Positions 8,403 through 17,283 of a stretch of DNA of 33,264 nucleotides are shown one piece after another. The first letter of the stretch is position 1. Each line of letters starts with the position of its first letter. A program made the position numbers and the translations under genes. Below the pieces are notes generated by a model. It saw only the letters and a list, made by a program, of their open reading frames with translations, was not told the DNA's origin and made no database searches. Source of the DNA: Anaerolineales bacterium (GTDB lineage: Bacteria > Chloroflexota > Anaerolineae > Anaerolineales > Villigracilaceae); the NCBI GenBank assembly GCA_034436275.1, contig DAOTVX010000038.1, forward strand, positions 1-33,264, read 5' to 3'.

Positions 8403-10622
8403 TCACCACAGGCGCATCTGAGCCGGCGCTTCGAGCGGATCGCTCGTCAGTTCACGCAGGAAATCCGCGCGGCTTAAATCGGGGATAGCGGCCAGGCGTC
8501 GCAGGGTACGGAACTTAAGGACACGCCAGCCCCGGTTCCATAAAGCCGCGAGCGCGGGATCGCGCCGCAGTTTATAGCTCAACAGACCGGCGCGCCCCCC
8601 AGGCAGAACCAGCAGGCTGTGTTCTGGAGGATAACGGTTCTGACGCAAAATTCTACCCACTACGGCGGAGGCGAGCAGGTAGAAGACAAAAGCCGGCTTT
8701 CCCTCCTCACTCCAGAGAATTAACCGTCCCGGCTCGCCGGTCACAGACGCCACAAACCCCAACCGCTGACCGAGGGCCTGTAGCATTTTGTTGACCGCCT
8801 CCAGGTCCGCGCGGCGCGCCGCGGCCTTGTCTTCCGAACGCAGGGCCCAGCGTCCATTGATTTCCATCGCGTAGGAAACCAACACCTGCTGCATCAGGCC
8901 CAGGGAAGGAGTCAAAAGGCCAGGCAGTTCTGCATTGACCGCCGTCTCAAGTTCGCCAGCCGAGGCCGAAGGGTGCTTCTGGAGATAGCGCACCAGAGCC
9001 ATTTCCACGCGGTCGGGCAAAGGGATTGTATCTTGCGCCCATTCCTCCAGCCCCCACAGCCCGCTTTCCAGGCTTTTTGCCTCACTGTAGTGAACAAACG
9101 CGCCAGACTGTAAGGCGCTCTGCAGCGGCGTATGAATCCTGGAGAGGTCTTCCTGACCATAAGCCAGAGAGCCTTCCACAGCCATTGCCTGCAACGCCGC
9201 GGCGTGCAGGTGCAAATAGGTGGTCGGCTCACCGCGTGCATTCAGGTAATCTTGCAAGGCCTGGCGGATCATTTCCACCGCAGGACGATTGAGCGGTACA
9301 TGCTCATAGGGGCGCTTGCGACAGAACAGTTGCACCGGGTCATGAGGGGTACGCAACGCCAGACCATTCAGATCGAAGCCGGCGCTCTCCAAAGCCACCA
9401 GCGTGGCGCTCAGGTAGGCAGGTTCCGGTTCCGCCACGAAGGCAAACAGCGGCGCATCCAGCGGCAGGGACTGCGCCAGGACACGGAAAGCCGCCGTCAG
9501 GGCCTCGGTATGCCAGTCCCAATCGTAACGCTGACGCCGCAACACAGCCTTGAAGGCGCTCACTGCAGAACGCCCCCATAGCCAGCCGGCCCATAACGCC
9601 GAGAGCGTCCAGAGAGCCTGATTGGGACGCGGGATCGCGGTCACGACAGCGCGAATGGGAAGGCCGGGCAGGCGCGCGGCGAGGTCGCGCAATGCGCCTT
9701 CGAACAGGCAAATGCCGCCAGGCGGCGCCGGGCGCGGCCAGTTGACCAGCGGCACCGCCGTTTGCGTCGTAGCCAGGGCCTCCGCGCCGCGCTCCAGCGC
9801 CAGCCAGAGGTTGTGTTCCAGAAAGCGCGCCGGAACCGTCATTTGTTTTGGGCGAGGGCGGTCTTCCGGATACGCCCACAAATTGCTGGCGACATCACAG
9901 GCAAAGAGCACCAGCGCGGTCAGGCAACGCCGTCGTTCCGGGGTGAGCGAAAGGCTATCCAGTTTGTTGATGATGGTGATGAGCGCATACAGGGCACGCG
10001 GCAGGTAGCAGTTCAAAGCGGCTTCCACATAGGGGCGATCCGGATCGTCCAGCGCCGCGACGCGTTCCAGCGCGCGAGCGCGATGGAGAGCCGTCGTCGC
10101 TGCCAGAATCGCCGCATGACGGCGGTCGCTTTCCGTGGTCGGAAATTCGCCCTCCTCCCCACAGGGACAGCGGTACATGCACGCCACGGGGGCCTCGCGG
10201 CCCTGCTCCCAGACGAAGGCTGTGGCAGGGATTTCGCGATGACAGCGTCGGCATTCGGTCTGGTAGAGCGACTGGAGGTGATTTTCCAGCCGTTCATCCC
10301 CCTTGCGCGCGGCGCCAAGCTCAGCCAGCGCGGCCTGAAACTCCTGACGCGTGGGCGCAGCCGCGCTCAATTCGAGCAGGAAACGCGCGACCGGATTGTT
10401 GACCGTTGCCAGGACGCGCCAGCCAGCCCGGGCCGCCTCTACAGGTAAATGTGGCGCGCTGCCAAATGGATCGAGCACCCAGCCCGCCGGTTGTTCCCCA
10501 GCCGACAGGACATGCTGCAACGCCGCCCGCGCCATGCCCTCCGGCAGCGGGGGAAGGAAACGCACCAGCGGACCGCTGGTCGGCGCCGCCCCCTCACCCC
10601 GAAGGTAAGCAATTTCTTCCAT
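8403..10622 (-). CDS. Large hypothetical protein (739 aa) with degenerate class-I methyltransferase-like N-terminal motif and Cys-rich zinc ribbon
   Basis: Long uninterrupted ORF. WVLDPFGSAPHLPVEAARAGWRVLATVNNP resembles the (L)DPFxGSGT SAM-binding motif of N6-adenine/N2-guanine MTases, but the GT is lost. CRRCHREIPATAFVWEQGREAPVACMYRCPCG is a Cx2C...CxxCxC ribbon. The rest has no recognisable family. Confidence 0.55.
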   Translation of the reverse strand: MEEIAYLRGEGAAPTSGPLVRFLPPLPEGMARAALQHVLSAGEQPAGWVLDPFGSAPHLPVEAARAGWRVLATVNNPVARFLLELSAAAPTRQEFQAALAELGAARKGDERLENHLQSLYQTECRRCHREIPATAFVWEQGREAPVACMYRCPCGEEGEFPTTESDRRHAAILAATTALHRARALERVAALDDPDRPYVEAALNCYLPRALYALITIINKLDSLSLTPERRRCLTALVLFACDVASNLWAYPEDRPRPKQMTVPARFLEHNLWLALERGAEALATTQTAVPLVNWPRPAPPGGICLFEGALRDLAARLPGLPIRAVVTAIPRPNQALWTLSALWAGWLWGRSAVSAFKAVLRRQRYDWDWHTEALTAAFRVLAQSLPLDAPLFAFVAEPEPAYLSATLVALESAGFDLNGLALRTPHDPVQLFCRKRPYEHVPLNRPAVEMIRQALQDYLNARGEPTTYLHLHAAALQAMAVEGSLAYGQEDLSRIHTPLQSALQSGAFVHYSEAKSLESGLWGLEEWAQDTIPLPDRVEMALVRYLQKHPSASAGELETAVNAELPGLLTPSLGLMQQVLVSYAMEINGRWALRSEDKAAARRADLEAVNKMLQALGQRLGFVASVTGEPGRLILWSEEGKPAFVFYLLASAVVGRILRQNRYPPEHSLLVLPGGRAGLLSYKLRRDPALAALWNRGWRVLKFRTLRRLAAIPDLSRADFLRELTSDPLEAPAQMRLW

Positions 10623-10752
10623 ACCTCAAGTCCCCTGCATACCCCAGAGAACACGGAAGACACGGATAAGTCCACTGCAAAATCGAACCGCCAGGGCACA
10701 AAGACGCCAGGCAAGATGAAGGAAACCTTCGTGGTGAATCTTCAAGATTTTG

Positions 10753-10934
10753 TAACTACCTCGACAATGTCATATTTCGGCATCGTTGTCATTGCGAGGG
10801 CGTTCTCTGCCCGAAGCAATCCCCTGGTAATTGGGAGACTGCTTACCTTGAGACTCGCAAAGAGATTGCTTCGGCGGCTATCGCCGCCTCGCAATGACAA
10901 GGGACAGATAATCTAACATTGTCGAGATAGTTCC
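10753..10934. mobile_element. Complete MITE-like element with terminal inverted repeats and a 9-bp target-site duplication
   Basis: Left TIR gtaactacctcgacaatgt (10753-10771) versus right acattgtcgagatagtt (10917-10933), 16/17 match. Flanking direct repeats caagatttt at 10744-10752 and 10935-10943. The interior carries the A-B-B'-A' module (gtcattgcgag 10789-10799 ... ctcgcaatgac 10889-10899). No transposase. Confidence 0.8.
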
Positions 10935-11102
10935 AAGATTTTTGCAGTGCCGTCACGGATGGCATAGAGAATTCTCGACTTACCTGCCAGCTCAGGTAGC
11001 GTTGATTGTTGAGCGCAGGAACCATCCACGAGCAGGTCGCGCATCCAAAAACAGAAGCCGGCGCGGGATCGGGCAGGATGGCCTTATCCCTGTTCCACCG
11101 CG

Positions 11103-12716
11103 CTAGGGGCTGAGAATGCAAACCTCATCGGGCGCCAGATGAAGTTTACCGGCCTTGAACGAGGCAGTCGAGGCGGCATGGCTCGAAAACAATATCTGCC
11201 AGGTGGTCGCCGGCAACAGATGGGAGTTCACCGAAAGATCGAGCGGTCGAGAGGAAAAATTCAGGCCGATGAGCAGCGTTTGCTCGCCGTAAGTGCGCAG
11301 GTAGGCCAGACCGGGCTGGCGCGCCTCACTGACGAGGTGAAAATCGCCACGCCGCAGCGCTACTTTCTCCCGGCGCAGGGCAATCAGGCGCCTGGTAAAA
11401 GTCAGCAATGAATCCTCGTCCTCGCGTTGCGCCAGGACATTCCGCTGCCGGTAATTCGGGTGAACAGGCAACCAGGGCCGGGACGTAGAAAAGCCAGCGT
11501 AGGGGCGGTCATCCCATTGCATGGGCGAGCGGCAGCCATCGCGCCCTTTGTAGAACGGCCAGTAACGTCGGCCGGGTGGGTCCAAAATCTCACTGCGCCG
11601 TAAGTGGATATCGCGCATGCCGATTTCCTCGCCATAGTACAGAAACGGCGTACCGCGCAGCGTGAGCAGCAAGCCGAGAACCACTTTGGCCCGCGCGTCG
11701 TCCTCGCCTCGGGCATAACGCGTGGCGCTGCGCGGCAAGTCGTGGTTACTGAGTACGTACGTGGGCCAGACACGATCGCCGACGGCAGTTTCCCAACGCT
11801 GAATGGCGCGCAGGAAGCGATCGGCGCGGAAGGGACAGGCAGTAAACTCGAAGTTGAACGCCGCATGAAGTTTGTCCGCGCCGCAATACGAGGCAGCCTT
11901 CTCCGGCGTCGCCAGGAACGTTTCCCCGACCGCATACCGTTCCGGGTATGAATCGAGCAGGGCGCGCAGTTCTCGCAGCAACGGGAACATCTCGGGCTGA
12001 TCGCAGTCGTACGTATGTTGCTGGCGGTCAAAACCGCGCAGCCCCCAGCGGGGCGGATTGTCACGGTACGCTGCATCCTTAAAGTAAACATTGAAAACAT
12101 CCAGACGGAAGCCATCCACGCCACGTTCCAGCCAAAAGCGGAAGACATCGAACATGGCCTGACGCACCGCCGGGTTGCGCCAGTTTACATCGGGCTGCTC
12201 TGGCAGGAACATGTGGTAATAGTATTGCCCCCGTTCCGGGACGTAAGTCCAGGCACGACCGCCAAAACAGGATTGCCAGTTGTTGGGCGGCCTGCCTACC
12301 CCTCGATCACCTTCAGGACGCGGGTCTTTCCAGAGATACCAGTCCTGTTTGGGGTTATCGCGCGAACGGCGCGATTCTTGAAACCAGGGATGTTGATCGG
12401 AAGTATGATTGAGGACCATGTCCAGAATAACGCGGATTCCCCGTTGATGCGCTTCCCGAACGAGCACATCAAAGTCCGCCAGACTGCCGAAACGGGGATC
12501 AACATCGCCATAATCGCTGACGTCGTAGCCGAAATCCTTATCCGGCGAGGGGTAAATTGGCGAAAGCCAGATGGCGTCCACGCCGAGTTCGGCCAGATAG
12601 TCCAGGCGAGCCGTAATGCCGGCCAAATCTCCCAGGCCATCGCCATTGCTATCGGCAAAGGAGCGCGGGTAAATCTGGTAGATGATACCGTCGCGCCACC
12701 ACAGGAAATCGTTCAT
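11103..12716 (-). CDS. GH13 alpha-glucosidase / oligo-1,6-glucosidase family protein
   Basis: N-terminal WWRDGIIYQIYPRSFADSNGDGLGDLAGITARLDYLAELGVDAIWLSPIYPSPDKDFGYDVSDY, then VILDMVLNHTSDQHPWF, GFRLDV and ... YYGEEIGM are the canonical alpha-amylase-family regions I-IV. Confidence 0.85.
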   Translation of the reverse strand: MNDFLWWRDGIIYQIYPRSFADSNGDGLGDLAGITARLDYLAELGVDAIWLSPIYPSPDKDFGYDVSDYGDVDPRFGSLADFDVLVREAHQRGIRVILDMVLNHTSDQHPWFQESRRSRDNPKQDWYLWKDPRPEGDRGVGRPPNNWQSCFGGRAWTYVPERGQYYYHMFLPEQPDVNWRNPAVRQAMFDVFRFWLERGVDGFRLDVFNVYFKDAAYRDNPPRWGLRGFDRQQHTYDCDQPEMFPLLRELRALLDSYPERYAVGETFLATPEKAASYCGADKLHAAFNFEFTACPFRADRFLRAIQRWETAVGDRVWPTYVLSNHDLPRSATRYARGEDDARAKVVLGLLLTLRGTPFLYYGEEIGMRDIHLRRSEILDPPGRRYWPFYKGRDGCRSPMQWDDRPYAGFSTSRPWLPVHPNYRQRNVLAQREDEDSLLTFTRRLIALRREKVALRRGDFHLVSEARQPGLAYLRTYGEQTLLIGLNFSSRPLDLSVNSHLLPATTWQILFSSHAASTASFKAGKLHLAPDEVCILSP

Positions 12717-12806
12717 CGCGGCCTCCAGTTGTGTATGTCATGGCGAGGAACGTTCTTTGCGACAAAGCACTCTCCAGGCAAGTCAATTTAGCCTGACAAA
12801 ATGGGA

Positions 12807-12854
12807 GATTGCTTCGCCGAAAAACGGCTCGCCATGACATGGCTGAGTAGTTAC
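12807..12854. repeat. MITE-family half copy, 48-bp stretch identical to 128-175
   Basis: Exact 48-bp identity. Preceded by ggga, as in copy 1 (56-60). Lies in the glucosidase-MFS intergenic region. Confidence 0.8.
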
Positions 12855-12940
12855 GCAAGATGAGTATTTGCCATCAAAATTATTGTACCAGAATCGGAAC
12901 GTCCCGAAGGTTTTTCCCAGGCGACAGGGTCAATATCCCT

Positions 12941-14266
12941 TCAGGCAGGCTGGTCCACGTGACGGCGCGGCGGCAAGATGGCCGGCACAAAGCGGGCAAA
13001 GAGCAGCGCGGCGCTGAAGCGTCCAATCGCCGAACACAGGAAAACCGCCTTATACCCCCACACAGTCACGATCCATGAGCCGAGGGCGGCGCCGCCGGCC
13101 AGCGAGAGAGTCACCATCATCTGGTAGAACGCCGAGTAGCGCGCCCGTCGCGAGGAAGGCGTCAGCGTCAGCAACAGGTTGAAGGAAACCAGATTGAAGG
13201 CGCCCCACAGAGCACCGCTGAAGATGTTCAGCGCCACCACATGCCAGAAACGCGTGATGAAAATCCAGGCCGCCGGCAAGGCAGGAATGAACAACATGCT
13301 GATCAACTGCACCCGGCGCGGCCCCCAACGATCCGAAAGCGCCCCCACCCGAGGCTGGACCAGCAAGCCAGCAATATTGGAGACAATTGTCGCAGCGCCG
13401 ACCATGACCGCGCTGAAATGTAACCCTTCGACCATGTACACGCTAAAGAACGGGCCGGCAATGTTTAGCGATAGATTCCACAACCCCATGACCAGACTGA
13501 GCGCCAGGAAGGCCGGTCGTGACCAGATATCTTTCAGCATCGTAACCACAGAAAATGGCGTTGCCTCCGGTTCTCTGGCCCTGACGCCATCTTCCGGATC
13601 GCGCAGATGCCAGAAGCAATAGGTGGAGATCAGCCCCAGGAAAAACGCCAGCCCCAGCGCGAGTTGATAACCTGTAGGAACAGGGAGGCGGGTAATGAGT
13701 TCACCCATCAGGTAAACGAGGGTAATGCCGGCAACGCCCATGGCAAAGTTGCGCGCGCCGAAGTAACGGCCGCGCCCCTCCAGCGGCACGACAGCCCCGG
13801 TCAGCGACATCCAGGCCGGATAGCCCAGATTCCCAAAGGCATCCCGCAAGACGGCCAACGCCATGCCGGCAAAAATGAGCGCCTGTCCCTGCAGCATCAG
13901 GGGAAGACAGGCCAGCAAGAGCACCATGAATCTCCCCAGAATTCCGCCAAACAGGATGGTAAGTTCCTGGCGGTGTCCCACTCTTTCCACCAGGAAAGCC
14001 GCCGGCAAGAGGAGGATCGCCGCACTCAGGCTGGAAAATGAACTCGTCAGACCAATCTGAGCGCGCGTTGCTCCCAACGCCAGGAGATAAAGGGACAGGT
14101 AGGTAACAATGATATTGTCGCTGGCCGCCGCAAAGAGACCATCGAAGAAAAACCAGGTGAGGTTGCGTTTAACCGCCTGGGGCAATGGTAACGCCCACTC
14201 TCCTCCCCAGGTAAAGCGCCGCGCCGCGCGCCGCGCGCGTACGATCAGTAGCGAAAAGTGCGACAT
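12941..14266 (-). CDS. MFS transporter
   Basis: 441 aa with about 12 predicted hydrophobic helices. Conserved MFS loop motif GHRQELTILFGGILGRF / DRWGPRRV. Confidence 0.8.
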   Translation of the reverse strand: MSHFSLLIVRARRAARRFTWGGEWALPLPQAVKRNLTWFFFDGLFAAASDNIIVTYLSLYLLALGATRAQIGLTSSFSSLSAAILLLPAAFLVERVGHRQELTILFGGILGRFMVLLLACLPLMLQGQALIFAGMALAVLRDAFGNLGYPAWMSLTGAVVPLEGRGRYFGARNFAMGVAGITLVYLMGELITRLPVPTGYQLALGLAFFLGLISTYCFWHLRDPEDGVRAREPEATPFSVVTMLKDIWSRPAFLALSLVMGLWNLSLNIAGPFFSVYMVEGLHFSAVMVGAATIVSNIAGLLVQPRVGALSDRWGPRRVQLISMLFIPALPAAWIFITRFWHVVALNIFSGALWGAFNLVSFNLLLTLTPSSRRARYSAFYQMMVTLSLAGGAALGSWIVTVWGYKAVFLCSAIGRFSAALLFARFVPAILPPRRHVDQPA

Positions 14267-14268
14267 AG

Positions 14269-14532
14269 TCAGATGCGCTCGAGACGGGATAGAGTCATTA
14301 TGAAAAGAATGGCGCGATGTTGCCCGCTCTCGGCTGGCAAACAGGCAGAACGAATCTGTTCCACGACGTCACTTACCTGATCATCCTCTACGCCCACCAG
14401 CAGGGTTACGTTCCCGCGCCGCAGGAACCCCCCGGTGCTGGCCAGGCGCGTGACACGATACCCACGCGCGACCAGCGCATGAACAACCTCGTCGCCGTCT
14501 ATATCCCGAACAATTGCGCAAATTAATTTCAT
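14269..14532 (-). CDS. Short PII-like DUF970/YaaQ (DarA-like c-di-AMP receptor family) protein, 88 aa
   Basis: MKLICAIVRDIDGDEVVHALVARGYRVTRLASTGGFLRRGNVTLLVGVEDDQVSDVVEQI closely follows the DarA pattern (MKLIvAiVqD.D...fRvTKLAtTGGFLr.GNtT...GVeD). The stop lies 2 nt before the MFS start, so the two are in an operon. ORF 14269..14646 trimmed to the internal Met matching the family N-terminus. The C-terminal region is shorter than B. subtilis DarA. Confidence 0.55.
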   Translation of the reverse strand: MKLICAIVRDIDGDEVVHALVARGYRVTRLASTGGFLRRGNVTLLVGVEDDQVSDVVEQIRSACLPAESGQHRAILFIMTLSRLERI

Positions 14533-14674
14533 GGCGCTCCTGACAGCGCCGCCTCCACGCATGAATTGGGCGGCAAAGAAAAACCATCGCGCACAATGCT
14601 CTTGCAAGGTAACACAGGGGAAATGTTTTGTCAAGCCATTTTTCACGGAGATTGTCTCGCCGCCTCAGCATCGG

Positions 14675-14703
14675 TTGACAATCTGCCGCGCCATTGATAC
14701 AAT
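14675..14703 (+). promoter_or_regulatory. Sigma70-like promoter for the serA-like/DUF1015 operon
   Basis: TTGACA (14675-14680), 17 nt spacer, TACAAT (14698-14703). It is followed by the direct repeats ttgtgcaat (14711-14719) and ttgtgcaat (14723-14731), a possible operator. Confidence 0.55.
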
Positions 14704-14796
14704 CAGCCCGATTGTGCAATTTTGTGCAATCCGTCGGGAAGACAAAAGCCAGAGCCAGACGGTGCCTTAATACTCTCTTCACCGAGGAGGAACTCC

Positions 14797-15714
14797 ATGA
14801 AAGTCCTGATTTGCGATAAAACGGAAGCCGAGGCGATCGAGAAAATGCGCGCCGCCGGTTTGACGGTGGATGTGCGCGATGATATCACGCCGGAAGAATT
14901 GCCTGCCGTGCTGCCCAATTATGATGGGTGCGTTGTCCGTTCCAGGACCAAGATTCGTCAGCCATTGATTGATCAGTGCCCGAATCTGAAAGTCATTGTG
15001 CGCGGCGGCGTAGGACTGGATAACATTGACGCCGACTACGCGCGCGCAAAGGGCATTACCGTGTTGAATACGCCACGCGCCTCCTCCGCCTCGGTCGCCG
15101 AACTGGCCATCGGCTTCATGTTCGCCCTGGCGCGTTCCCTGTATCAGGCTACGGCAACCATGAAGGCCGAAAAATGGGAGAAAAAGCGTTTCGAGGGCGA
15201 AGAACTGGGAGGAAAGACACTCGGTCTCATTGGCGTTGGCAATATCGGGCGCGAGGTCGCGCGTCGCGCCGCGGCTCTGGGCATGACCGTGATTGCCTGT
15301 GACCCCTACGTATCCCCGCAGGACGTCCCCGAAGTCCGACTGGTGTCTCTGAACGAATTGCTGGAGCGTTCCGATTACATCAGCCTGCACCTGCCCAAAA
15401 CCGCCGAAACGACGAACATGATTGGCGCAGAACAGTTTGCCAGGATGAAAGACGGCGTGCGCCTGATCAACTGCGCGCGCGGCGGCATCGTGGACGAGAA
15501 CGCCCTCTACGATGCGCTGGTCAGCGGGAAAGTGGCCGGCGCCGCCCTGGACGTGTTTGCCGAAGAGCCGCCTTCCGACTGGAGACTGGTTAAACTGGAC
15601 AACGTGATCTGCTCGCCGCACATTGGCGCCTCCACCAAAGAGGCCCAGCAACGCGTCGGCGCCGAGGTAGCCGAGAAACTGATAGAATTTGCCCGTGCGC
15701 ACGGGCTATGCTAA
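14797..15714 (+). CDS. serA: D-isomer-specific 2-hydroxyacid dehydrogenase, short 3-phosphoglycerate dehydrogenase-like (no ACT domain)
   Basis: GGAGG ribosome-binding site then ATG 14797. Motifs GKTLGLIGVGNIGREVARRA (NAD-binding GxGxxG), the catalytic region LINCARGGIVDE and SPHIGASTKEAQ typical of the PGDH subfamily. Confidence 0.8.
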   Translation: MKVLICDKTEAEAIEKMRAAGLTVDVRDDITPEELPAVLPNYDGCVVRSRTKIRQPLIDQCPNLKVIVRGGVGLDNIDADYARAKGITVLNTPRASSASVAELAIGFMFALARSLYQATATMKAEKWEKKRFEGEELGGKTLGLIGVGNIGREVARRAAALGMTVIACDPYVSPQDVPEVRLVSLNELLERSDYISLHLPKTAETTNMIGAEQFARMKDGVRLINCARGGIVDENALYDALVSGKVAGAALDVFAEEPPSDWRLVKLDNVICSPHIGASTKEAQQRVGAEVAEKLIEFARAHGLC

Positions 15715-15760
15715 TCCCTGCTGTGCCACGCACCCCCTGCGTGGCACAATTTTGTCTGCG

Positions 15761-17080
15761 ATGAAAACGTACCCTGCTCTTGGCGTTCAAATTCCACAAG
15801 TCTATCTGCCCAAAAACGGGATTGACCTGACCAAATGGTCCGTGATCGCCTGCGACCAGTTCACCTCGCAACCGGAGTACTGGCAGGAAGTGGAAAGGCT
15901 GGTCAATGGCAACCCCTCTACCCTGCACTTAATTCTGCCGGAAGCCTACCTGGGAAGGGCGGATCAACAGATGCGCATTCAGCGCATCCACGCCACCATG
16001 CGCGCTTACCTCGACCAGGGCCTGCTCGAACCGCACGAAGGGCTGATTTACGTTGAACGCACCGCCCTGGGCCGCACCCGTCATGGCATCATGCTCAGCC
16101 TCGATCTGGAACAGTACGAGTTCCGGCCCGGCTCATCGGCTTTGATTCGGGCTACAGAGGAAACGATTGTCGAACGCCTGCACCCGCGCGTGCAGGTACG
16201 TGAAGGCGCGCTGTTGGAACTGCCTCATATCCTGGTCTTGATTGACGATCCCCAAAAGATGGTCATTGAATCCCTGACTGCCCGGCGTGATACCCTGCCC
16301 AGGCTCTACGATTTTGACCTCATGTTGGGCAGCGGTCATCTGAGCGGTTACGCTGTGCCCGAAGCCTTGACCGAGCAGGTCATCGCCGCCTTACAACATC
16401 TTGCCCGCCCGCAAGATTTTCTGGCCAAATACAACTTTCCTCCCTCCGCGCAGGAAGCTGTCCTGCTCTTCGCCGTCGGCGATGGCAATCACTCCCTGGC
16501 CACCGCCAAGGCGGTTTGGGAAAAAATCAAATCCCGGGCAGGCATGAATCATCCGGCGCGCTATGCGCTCGTAGAAGTGGAAAACCTGCATGATGACGGC
16601 CTGGTGTTCGAGCCTATCCATCGCGTGCTCTTTGACGTGAAAGGGGATGTTCTGGCAGCGCTGCCGGCGTACTTTGGAAGTTCCTGCACCTGTACCTCCA
16701 TCTCCAGCGCGGACGAGATGGCCTCGCTGGTAGAGACGGCCTCGCCAGCCAGACAACGCTTCGGCCTGATTCAAGGGGGGCGCTGTCACCTCATTGAAAT
16801 CGAGGCCCCCGCCTCTCATCTGGCAGTCGGCAGTCTGCAAAACTTTCTGGACGATTTTCTGGCACGCGGCGGAGCGGCGAAAATAGACTATGTACACGGC
16901 GCCGAGGTGGTCATGCGCTTTGGCGACTCTCCGACGAACGCCGCCTTTTACCTGCCGGCGCTGGAGAAATCCGAACTGTTTAAGACCGTGATTCTCGATG
17001 GCCTCCTGCCGCGCAAGGCATTTTCCATGGGCGAGGCTGTCGAAAAACGCTTCTACATGGAAGCACGCCGCATCGCCTGA
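15761..17080 (+). CDS. DUF1015-family protein (conserved serA-associated protein of unknown function)
   Basis: 439-aa ORF starting MKTYPALGVQIPQVYLPK. Resemblance to the DUF1015 family and its frequent adjacency to serA are recalled from memory, not searched. A perfect hairpin gtgccacgca-ccccc-tgcgtggcac (15723-15747) sits between serA and this gene. Confidence 0.55.
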   Translation: MKTYPALGVQIPQVYLPKNGIDLTKWSVIACDQFTSQPEYWQEVERLVNGNPSTLHLILPEAYLGRADQQMRIQRIHATMRAYLDQGLLEPHEGLIYVERTALGRTRHGIMLSLDLEQYEFRPGSSALIRATEETIVERLHPRVQVREGALLELPHILVLIDDPQKMVIESLTARRDTLPRLYDFDLMLGSGHLSGYAVPEALTEQVIAALQHLARPQDFLAKYNFPPSAQEAVLLFAVGDGNHSLATAKAVWEKIKSRAGMNHPARYALVEVENLHDDGLVFEPIHRVLFDVKGDVLAALPAYFGSSCTCTSISSADEMASLVETASPARQRFGLIQGGRCHLIEIEAPASHLAVGSLQNFLDDFLARGGAAKIDYVHGAEVVMRFGDSPTNAAFYLPALEKSELFKTVILDGLLPRKAFSMGEAVEKRFYMEARRIA

Positions 17081-17283
17081 AGCAATCCCTGACCCACAAG
17101 ACCAACGGCAGATTCGCCAGATAAGGGAACGCCAGAAAGACACCTGCCTGCTGTAACGATGGCGCGGCGCTTCACGCTGGCATGGCGCGCAAGGGGAAAT
17201 GCACCTGCGCAACCCCGGACCAACCTGGTTGATTCTCCAGAGAATAGGGGATTCACGGTAAAATAAGCATAGAGGAGGTCGCT

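Noticed and set aside
12015-12791. 258-aa plus-strand ORF
   Set aside because: Antisense to the GH13 glucosidase, which carries all four alpha-amylase-family conserved regions.
14779-15702. 307-aa minus-strand ORF
   Set aside because: Fully antisense to the serA-like gene, which has unmistakable dehydrogenase motifs on the plus strand.
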